From the UHGV virus genome UHGV-0470999: 44,302 nt of DNA; one strand, written 5' to 3'. The first letter of the stretch is position 1; each line of letters starts with the position of its first letter. The translations under genes and the position numbers were made by a program. A model generated the notes under the pieces. That model ran no database searches, had not been told where the DNA came from, and saw nothing but the letters and a program-made list of their open reading frames with translations. Below are positions 37,610 to 44,302 of the stretch, piece by piece. This DNA is from a virus.

Positions 37610-38044
37610 GTGGCAATCACATTTGAAAACATTGCCGGCGGTGAGCTGGCTGAGAAATTCACAATGGCCCTGGCCCAGATAGGCCGGAACATACTGGACC
37701 CAAACATGGAGCCGGAGGCAGCCAGGGGGATGACCATCAATCTAAATTTCAAGCCGAAGTCCAATGGGGTGATTGATATCAGGTTTGAGGTCAAGACCAA
37801 GCTGGCCGGGTTCCAGAAATCAGAAACGGTATTCCTAGTGGGACAGGATATCAACACAGGGCGTATAGAGATGTCAGAGTACGGAAGTGACCGCCCCCAG
37901 GTAACATCTGTTGCAGCGTCACCAGCTGCGGCTTATACAGAAGTACGGCAGCCAGCAACACAGACATATGACCCGGCGACAGGGGAAATCTATGAGGAAC
38001 CCCGCAAAGCCCCTATTGATTTAAGGGCTGCGGCTAACCAATAA
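37610..38044 (+). CDS. hypothetical protein (144 aa)
   Basis: GTG start after GGAGGAAGGAGGTGAG RBS. Confidence 0.35.
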   Translation: MAITFENIAGGELAEKFTMALAQIGRNILDPNMEPEAARGMTINLNFKPKSNGVIDIRFEVKTKLAGFQKSETVFLVGQDINTGRIEMSEYGSDRPQVTSVAASPAAAYTEVRQPATQTYDPATGEIYEEPRKAPIDLRAAANQ

Positions 38045-38065
38045 AATGAAAAGGAGATAAGAAAG

Positions 38066-38821
38066 ATGATGGAAGGATTAAAAGCAGCATTGGAGCATGT
38101 GGAGGAACTGGCACGTGAGAACGAAAAGACAGAGGTGATTGAGATATGTGGTAAGACCTACGCCAACAAGAGCCTGAAACGGTATGACATGACCGAAAAG
38201 GCGGATGCCGTCACAGCTACCACCTTGTCATCCCTTGTGGACTATATCGGAAGCTGCAGCAGGGAGTTCCCGGAAGGTATGGATATGATTATACATATCG
38301 TAAGCCCAACCAAGGTCGAACTTATATCAGAACTGGATAAGGAGCGCAGGAGGGAATGCCTGTTTGAGACTGTGGCCGAAACATCCGAATACCGGTATGA
38401 CAAATGGTATGACCAGGAGAGCTTCATGATTGCCCTGCAGGCGAACTTCCAATTCAGTCCAGACCTGGATGCAGTGATGAAACTGTCAGGAAATATTGAG
38501 AAGAAGAATGACCAGACCTACTCAGATGATGGTCGGACACAGGTGGCAACCATGACAGTTGGGGTAGCAACAAAGGCGGCGGCGATTGTCCCTAATCCTG
38601 TGGAACTGATTCCTTACAGGACATTCCAGGAGGTCGGACAGCCTGCCAGCAAATTTGTGTTCCGAATCGGCGAAAATAATGATATCCCGATTTTTAAATT
38701 GATTGAGGCCGAAGGTGGAATCTGGAAGAATGAGGCGGTATCCAACATCAAGAGATACTTTGCGGATGCCATCATGGGAATGCCTGAGGAAATCAGCAGC
38801 CGAATCACAATCATAGGTTAA
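38066..38821 (+). CDS. hypothetical protein (251 aa)
   Basis: AAAGGAGA RBS. Confidence 0.35.
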   Translation: MMEGLKAALEHVEELARENEKTEVIEICGKTYANKSLKRYDMTEKADAVTATTLSSLVDYIGSCSREFPEGMDMIIHIVSPTKVELISELDKERRRECLFETVAETSEYRYDKWYDQESFMIALQANFQFSPDLDAVMKLSGNIEKKNDQTYSDDGRTQVATMTVGVATKAAAIVPNPVELIPYRTFQEVGQPASKFVFRIGENNDIPIFKLIEAEGGIWKNEAVSNIKRYFADAIMGMPEEISSRITIIG

Positions 38822-38944
38822 TCAGTACTTTACCTCCGGTGGGATTGATATGTCACGATATTAAATGCCGGAGGTGTCATAGGGGCGGCCCAACAATTAC
38901 TTTCTGACCGCCGCCCCGTCCTCCATAATGAAAGGAAATGCAAC

Positions 38945-39940
38945 ATGGCAGGCAAGGCAAAGAAGAAACTTGATTACGCCGGCTGGTCAGTTGACATATT
39001 CGATAGTGATACAAAGATTGACAAGCTTCTGGATGCACAGGGATGGGTAGGGTTCTCCATTTACTTTTATCTCTGCCAAAGGGCATTTGGAAGTGAAGGA
39101 TATTTTTACCGATGGGGCTTTGACGATTGTGCATCGACCGCCAGGAAGATGGGCTGCGGCATTGGTTCCGGTACTATCCGCGAGGTAGTGGGCTACTGCT
39201 TACAAATAAATCTCTTTGATAAAAGGGTATTTGATAGGTGGGAGGTCTTAACCAGTAAAGGTATCCAGAGGAGTTACTGGACGGTTGCTTCTGGACGAAG
39301 GGACAGGACGGTATATAAGGAATTATGGCTTTTGCAAAAAGAGGAATGCAAAGGTGTGGTTTTTGTACCCTTTTTTAAGGATATGTCGGAGACAAATGAC
39401 CATTCGCAGGCTACAGATGGCGATATGTCGGCTACAAATGACCCTGTAGTAAAGGAAAGTAAAGTAAAAGGTAATAAAGAAAAGAGTGTTGCACCTCCTG
39501 CGGAGCTGGCAACGTTCTCTTCGGAATCATTTGAAATGCAATGTGTTGATAAACTGATTCAATCCATCCTCAGCCAGATGCCCAATGCAAAGGTACCGGC
39601 TGCGGATAGGGACAAGCAGAGGTGGGCGGAGGAGATTGGGCGTATGCAGCGCCTGGACAAGCGGGAACCGGAACAGATCACACAGGCCCTTGACTATGCC
39701 ATCCATAGCCCATTCTGGAAAACCAATATCAGGAGTGCGGCCAAGTTCAGGGAGAAGTTTGAAACCCTCTATCTGCAGGGTAGGGAGCGTGGCAGCAGAC
39801 CTGTAGACAGGAAACCAAAAAACCAGTTCCATAATTTTGACCAGAGGGATACGGACTATGATGCCCTGATGCTAAAGCAGGTGAGGGAGTGGGCCGGGAA
39901 AGGGGCAGAAGATGAAGGAAACACATCGGAAGATACTTGA
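38945..39940 (+). CDS. replisome organiser / replication initiation protein (DUF4373-like N-terminus, DnaD-like C-terminal region)
   Basis: N-terminus KKKLDYAGWSVDIFDSDTKIDKLLDAQGWVGFSIYFYLC... typical of phage replisome organiser N domain; C-terminal YAIHSPFW motif. Confidence 0.5.
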   Translation: MAGKAKKKLDYAGWSVDIFDSDTKIDKLLDAQGWVGFSIYFYLCQRAFGSEGYFYRWGFDDCASTARKMGCGIGSGTIREVVGYCLQINLFDKRVFDRWEVLTSKGIQRSYWTVASGRRDRTVYKELWLLQKEECKGVVFVPFFKDMSETNDHSQATDGDMSATNDPVVKESKVKGNKEKSVAPPAELATFSSESFEMQCVDKLIQSILSQMPNAKVPAADRDKQRWAEEIGRMQRLDKREPEQITQALDYAIHSPFWKTNIRSAAKFREKFETLYLQGRERGSRPVDRKPKNQFHNFDQRDTDYDALMLKQVREWAGKGAEDEGNTSEDT

Positions 39941-40208
39941 TTACATAACCGGTTATATGCTGGACCATGGATACCCTCCTACAACCAGGGAGATATCGGA
40001 TGGGGTAGGATACACATCGACATCTACGATATTCAACCACCTGAGGGACATGAGGATGGTGGGATTGATTAACTACATTGACGAATGTCCCAGGACCATC
40101 ACGGTACCTGGGTATAAATACACTAAAACTGAGGGGAGGAAAGGACATGGAAGAACTGGAAACCAGCGCCGTGAAGGAGACAGCCCCAGCGGCACAGAAG
40201 TGGTATGA
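39912..40208 (+). CDS. LexA N-terminal DNA-binding-domain-only protein (winged HTH, no S24 peptidase domain)
   Basis: KILDYITGYMLDHGYPPTTREISDGVGYTSTSTIFNHLRDMRMVGLI closely parallels LexA N-terminus ([34 protein letters not shown]). Confidence 0.6.
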   Translation: MKETHRKILDYITGYMLDHGYPPTTREISDGVGYTSTSTIFNHLRDMRMVGLINYIDECPRTITVPGYKYTKTEGRKGHGRTGNQRREGDSPSGTEVV

Positions 40209-42018
40209 GGGGGTAAGCCTGGAGGATGCAGAAATATACATACAGGCCAACCTTAAGTCAGCGGCCAGGAGCGTGATAGCGATTGGCTATTATCTCAAAT
40301 GTGTGAACAGGAATGAACTGTTTAAGGAGGCTGGATACAAGGATATATGCGAATATGCGAAGGACCGGTTCGGTTTCAGCGCATCGACCACATCCAGGTA
40401 CATGACGCGGAACGATAAGTTTTCTGTGAATGGGAACAGCCCAATCCTGGATGAGAAGTATAAGGATTTCAACAAGTCCCAGCTCCAGGAGATGTTAAGC
40501 CTGGACGCGGAGCAGCTGGAGAGAGTCACCCCGGACATGACGGTGGTCCAGATACGGGAGATGAAGAAGCCGAAGGAGATACCCTATATTGAAATCCCAG
40601 GACAGATTGAGCTGACTGATTTACCCGGGGTGAGTCCGGAGGACGTGGTCGCGGCCGCCCAGGCCAGGAAAGAGTTAGGGACCAGCAGCCTTGAAAGACA
40701 GACCTATACCATATCCGCGGAGGACCTTCTACCACAGGATGAACCGGATTCTGGGAAGGAAACCATTGCGATATCGCAACAGGATTCAGGACCGGAGGTG
40801 ATACATTTCACTGCCGGGGACAGGACAATTAATGGTGCCTATGGTGCCACAATTGCCGCAGTTGTAAGGGCATATGTGGACAATGGATATGAAAGGCCTG
40901 AAAAGGAATGTGAAGTGACGGCTTTTGGGATGGAGTATAAGGTCCTGAAACAGTCAGACGTTACGGCTTTTTACACAGATGCTGGGCAAAAGGTTTTTGA
41001 TGTGGAAAATGCCCGCCTGGAAGAAGAATATCAGTATTGGCACAGGAATAGGTCCCAGCAAGAACCAGAAACTGCGGGACAACAAATCCTGACAGGAAAG
41101 TCTGGGAAGTGTATCCATAGGCCAGAGTTTGAGTGCACCCTGGAGGAAGCCCATAAGCTTATCCCAGGCACCGGGGAAGACTGCAGCCGGGTGTGCTGCT
41201 GGGAATGCGTAAAGCATGGGGACTGCAATCTGGAGTGCTACAGTTCGTCCCGGAGGCCGGTACCACAGGAACATGGGAAGGAGGAACCAAATGCTGTATC
41301 GGATTGTCCTCCCGGCATACAGGACTGTCAGAGACAGGAGTGGGGGACCAAACCTGAGGAACAGGAAGCTGGGCACAAGGAGTGTGAGAAGTGCTGGGCA
41401 TCCTGGAAGCGGAGACAGAATACCCTGGGCGCTGCAGAAGTGCAACGGGAAGCGGAGGATGCTGCGGAAATGCAACAGGAGCCAGAAGCTGAGAAAACCG
41501 TGGACGTACATCGAGAACCAGACCTTCAGGGACCGGAAGGGGAGAATATTGGAGGGGTACCGGTGTTTTCGTTGGAGAATAGGATGACTCATGGGGCCTA
41601 TGGCTGGAAGCGTTCTGAAATCATTAAAGGATACTTACAGGCCCTGCACCGGGAAGAATGCTATACCGTCTGGAATCAGGTACCGACAATTCAGTTCCAG
41701 GTCTTGGGGGATACGTATATGGCCAAATATGATGGGTTCTGCTATGTGAGTTTCAAAAACAACGGGAAGACAATGATGTTCGTGGAACTTGACCGGATAA
41801 AAGAGGAATACGCCATAAAGTATCCGCCGAAAAAAGCTAAGCCAGTAGATACGTATGATAAGTCAATCCTTCAAAGCATGATTAAGTTTGAGGAGGATCA
41901 GTTGCGTCTGATGGGACCAGCTTGGATGGAGAAACAGCCATACCACTACACCAAACACACGATGGCGCTGGAGGCTTACAGGATGCTGCTGGCGGCACAT
42001 GAAGGAGCCGGAGCATGA
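40147..42018 (+). CDS. large hypothetical protein with acidic linker, two related ~90-aa repeats (NGAYGA.../HGAYGW...) and a central Cys-rich cluster
   Basis: ATG 40147 after GAGGGGAGGAAAGG RBS; internal duplication and CxxC-rich segment read from translation. Confidence 0.4.
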   Translation: MEELETSAVKETAPAAQKWYEGVSLEDAEIYIQANLKSAARSVIAIGYYLKCVNRNELFKEAGYKDICEYAKDRFGFSASTTSRYMTRNDKFSVNGNSPILDEKYKDFNKSQLQEMLSLDAEQLERVTPDMTVVQIREMKKPKEIPYIEIPGQIELTDLPGVSPEDVVAAAQARKELGTSSLERQTYTISAEDLLPQDEPDSGKETIAISQQDSGPEVIHFTAGDRTINGAYGATIAAVVRAYVDNGYERPEKECEVTAFGMEYKVLKQSDVTAFYTDAGQKVFDVENARLEEEYQYWHRNRSQQEPETAGQQILTGKSGKCIHRPEFECTLEEAHKLIPGTGEDCSRVCCWECVKHGDCNLECYSSSRRPVPQEHGKEEPNAVSDCPPGIQDCQRQEWGTKPEEQEAGHKECEKCWASWKRRQNTLGAAEVQREAEDAAEMQQEPEAEKTVDVHREPDLQGPEGENIGGVPVFSLENRMTHGAYGWKRSEIIKGYLQALHREECYTVWNQVPTIQFQVLGDTYMAKYDGFCYVSFKNNGKTMMFVELDRIKEEYAIKYPPKKAKPVDTYDKSILQSMIKFEEDQLRLMGPAWMEKQPYHYTKHTMALEAYRMLLAAHEGAGA

Positions 42019-42197
42019 AAGAAAAAATAAACGATTATGAAATGTCCATCAGGAAAACCACTAAGGAATCTGCAAAATGCTCTGCGTGTGGATACCGACG
42101 GCCAGAGATGTATCTTATTCATCGGCATGGTGTTAGCTGTTATCTATGCCGTGAGTGTGTAAGCTATTTCCTGGTAATAGCAGCGCTGATGGAGTAA
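42015..42197 (+). CDS. small Cys-containing protein (CxxC...CxxC, 60 aa)
   Basis: ATG overlaps upstream stop (ATGA). Confidence 0.3.
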   Translation: MKEKINDYEMSIRKTTKESAKCSACGYRRPEMYLIHRHGVSCYLCRECVSYFLVIAALME

Positions 42198-42237
42198 TCT
42201 AACGATTAACGGCATAAGCCAGGAAAAGAGGAGAAAA

Positions 42238-42426
42238 GTGAAGGTAAGGTTATTGGACGAGCATAAGGCCATCAGGGTACAGTTGTGGACCAACGGGGTA
42301 TGGAGGCACAATATTTGCGGGACGGTCATTGGGAGCCATGACGGGACTGTTGGTGTGTTGCTGGATAGCGGTGAGTACGTGGATGTGCCAGAGGACCGGT
42401 TGAAGATAGTACGAATCGTTATCTAA
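42238..42426 (+). CDS. small hypothetical protein (62 aa)
   Basis: GTG start after AAGAGGAGAAAAG RBS. Confidence 0.3.
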   Translation: MKVRLLDEHKAIRVQLWTNGVWRHNICGTVIGSHDGTVGVLLDSGEYVDVPEDRLKIVRIVI

Positions 42427-42531
42427 ATAATAAATGTACATTGATAATTTCATATTGATAGATGATGGATTCTAGTATATTCTGTAAATGTAATTGGTAG
42501 TAGTTGGAATAAATACTAGGGGGCGTTCTTC

Positions 42532-43485
42532 ATTAATACACTATATATTATTGGTAACGGATTTGATATAGCTCATGGGTTAAAAACTAATTATTGGGAA
42601 TTAAGAAAATATATAGAAAAAAGAGATGATGCGTTTTTAGGTGCATTTGAAGAACTGTATGGCATATATCCTTTGGATGTTACTGAAAGGTGGTATACGA
42701 AGGAAATTCAAGAATATTGGGATAAGGATGTCAATTACAGTTTATGGAGTACATTTGAGAAATTTATGGGTAATCCCAATACGTCACAGATGATTGAACA
42801 ATCAAAGCCTGCAACTGAAGGTATGCCGCCAGTTGGAATTCGGTATTGCATGGATTTGTTTTGGAAAGAGAGATTTGGATTTATTAATAAATTGCATAGA
42901 TATGTTAAAGAATGGATTGAGTCAGTTGATACTAGCAAGGTTATATGCAGAAAGAAGGGGATGGTAAATAGCACTGATTTTTATTTCAGTTTTAATTATA
43001 CAGATGTTCTGGAAAGAGTGTACGGTATTGAGAGTGTTCTTCATATACATGGAGGTGTTGCTTCAGTATGTGATGTACCACCGATTATGGGACATAGTAA
43101 TGAGCAGGATATACAGAAATATAGGGAGTGGGCAAAAGAGGCAGCTAATGAGTTTGATGAGGCGAATGCAAGTATAATGGATGCGGTGGCAGATTACCTT
43201 GAAACAATATATAAAGATACTAAAAGCCAAATAAGATTTAATAAAAGTTTTTTTAATAGGCTCAGCACTGTCAATAGGGTTATTATTATGGGATGGTCTG
43301 CAGGTGAAGCAGATATTCCCTATCTGCAGGAGATAATAAAAAATATCAGTCATAATACAAGATGGACAGTGTATTGGTATAATAAAGATGCATATAATTC
43401 GTTAGAAAATGTATTTAAAAAAGAAAGTATTGTGGATAACAATGTAATAGAATACATTCAGTCAGATGCATTCTGGAGTGATTAA
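42532..43485 (+). CDS. abiH: AbiH-family abortive infection protein; no canonical start codon upstream of the conserved N-terminal motif (candidate ATT start at 42532; ORF track shows only the TTG-started 42673-43485 part)
   Basis: In-frame N-terminal INTLYIIGNGFDIAHGLKTNYWELRKYI matches the AbiH N-terminal signature (YIIGNGFDxxHGL); AGGGGG RBS 8 nt before ATT; AT-rich island. Confidence 0.55.
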   Translation: MNTLYIIGNGFDIAHGLKTNYWELRKYIEKRDDAFLGAFEELYGIYPLDVTERWYTKEIQEYWDKDVNYSLWSTFEKFMGNPNTSQMIEQSKPATEGMPPVGIRYCMDLFWKERFGFINKLHRYVKEWIESVDTSKVICRKKGMVNSTDFYFSFNYTDVLERVYGIESVLHIHGGVASVCDVPPIMGHSNEQDIQKYREWAKEAANEFDEANASIMDAVADYLETIYKDTKSQIRFNKSFFNRLSTVNRVIIMGWSAGEADIPYLQEIIKNISHNTRWTVYWYNKDAYNSLENVFKKESIVDNNVIEYIQSDAFWSD

Positions 43486-43545
43486 TTTTCATATGGCAAG
43501 TTATAATCGAAATGATAAGTGAATATCATTTTAGTTTCGAAGTTT

Positions 43546-43592
43546 AAAAAGAGCTATTAGCTATCAAGTATGATGTTGATTGCTCTTTTTTT
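43546..43592 (+). terminator. terminator-like hairpin AAAAAGAGC ... GCTCTTTTTTT after AbiH gene
   Basis: GAGC/GCTC stem with inner AGCTA-T-TAGCT palindrome and T7 run. Confidence 0.35.
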
Positions 43593-43624
43593 GTATTCTA
43601 AATTAACGTTTAGAGGAGGAAAAT

Positions 43625-43969
43625 ATGTTGACTATTGAAGAAGCTATCCTGCATTGCGAGGGAAGGGCCAAAGCTGATTGCTCAGAATGTGCTGATGAAC
43701 ATAGACAACTTGCGGAATGGCTGAAAGAACTTCGAGCACTTAGAAAGAACTGGATTCCGGTGGAAGAGCGGATGCCAGAAGAAACACAAGTATCTGAATT
43801 TCCAAGCATGAAACCTTTGCATAAAGTATCGGCCGAATGCTTAGTTACATTCCGGACGGAAAAAAATCTTTATGTGAGTTTCGATAATACTGTCGATGGC
43901 GAGTGGATACAGAGTGATAATGTAATTGCCTGGATGCCAAAACCGGAACCATATAATCCACAAAACTGA
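43625..43969 (+). CDS. DUF551-family phage protein
   Basis: C-terminal ...DNVIAWMPKPEPY matches the W-MPLPEP signature of DUF551; N-terminal Cys pairs. Confidence 0.5.
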   Translation: MLTIEEAILHCEGRAKADCSECADEHRQLAEWLKELRALRKNWIPVEERMPEETQVSEFPSMKPLHKVSAECLVTFRTEKNLYVSFDNTVDGEWIQSDNVIAWMPKPEPYNPQN

Positions 43970-43998
43970 TATTTTGCAAAGAAAGGGATGGGCGAAAA

Positions 43999-44235
43999 TT
44001 GAAAAAGAAAGCAGACAGTAAGCAGGTCAAGGCCAACAAGGTCCTGCGGGCATCGGCCGTGGCGGCATCGGCTGAATCAGCCATCCTGGAACCGCCGCCG
44101 GACACGTGGCCTGTCAGGATGCCGGCCTATGCATACACCAGCCTGTGCCCGGACCCGGAACTGCGCAGGACGCCGAAGGGAGTGATACGGCACCATGAGA
44201 CAGTGCTACATAGACAACGGGCGCCGCGGCTGTGA
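43999..44235 (+). CDS. hypothetical protein (78 aa)
   Basis: TTG start; lysine-rich N-terminus. Confidence 0.3.
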   Translation: MKKKADSKQVKANKVLRASAVAASAESAILEPPPDTWPVRMPAYAYTSLCPDPELRRTPKGVIRHHETVLHRQRAPRL

Positions 44236-44302
44236 TGGCCAGCGTAACAACAAGGGCAGGATACGGTACGGGTGCTGGGCATGCCCGTGGCTGGATGCGG
44301 GA

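Noticed and set aside
1-44302. CRISPR arrays, tRNA or rRNA genes
   Set aside because: No spaced direct-repeat arrays and no recognisable tRNA cloverleaf or T-loop (GTTCGAATC-like) signatures were found by eye. This cannot be excluded without a tRNA or CRISPR scanner.

Overview
The window reads as a complete, circularly permuted temperate phage or prophage genome (about 44 kb) of a low-GC Firmicutes (Clostridia-like) host. Its structural module is PBSX-like, with a contractile tail.

Gene order on the + strand: late activator (5-466); an AT-rich NACHT/STAND NTPase moron; TerS; TerL (split by a 1-nt frameshift in a C4 run); SPP1-type portal; a MuF head-morphogenesis protein with a C-terminal HExxH extension, followed by a small AT-rich ORF; scaffold; major capsid; connector and neck proteins; sheath; tube; XkdN chaperone; tape measure; the XkdP, Q, R, S, T and U baseplate set; three tandem paralogous glycine-rich fibre genes (two carrying poly-G tracts, one out of frame by one G) with XkdW/XkdX-like genes between the first and second; holin; and an M15 endolysin with cell-wall-binding repeats.

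After the lysis genes comes a lysogenic-conversion-like region on the - strand: a stand-alone Spo0A C-terminal-domain protein and an XRE mini-switch. Then follow a candidate attP with phased TTAGCAAC repeats, a tyrosine integrase with an N-terminal Zn-ribbon, an ImmA/ImmR-type repressor pair divergent from a cro-like gene with three TCGCATAAAATGCGA operators, and early genes. The early genes are a RecT-like annealing protein, a Cas4-like PD-(D/E)XK nuclease, a HerA-like ATPase, a DnaD-like replisome organiser, a LexA DNA-binding-domain-only protein, an antisense AT-rich two-gene moron, an AbiH-family abortive-infection gene lacking a canonical start, and DUF551.

The last ORF (from 44235) would continue in frame into the first ORF if the sequence is circular. 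No tRNA, rRNA or CRISPR array was recognised.
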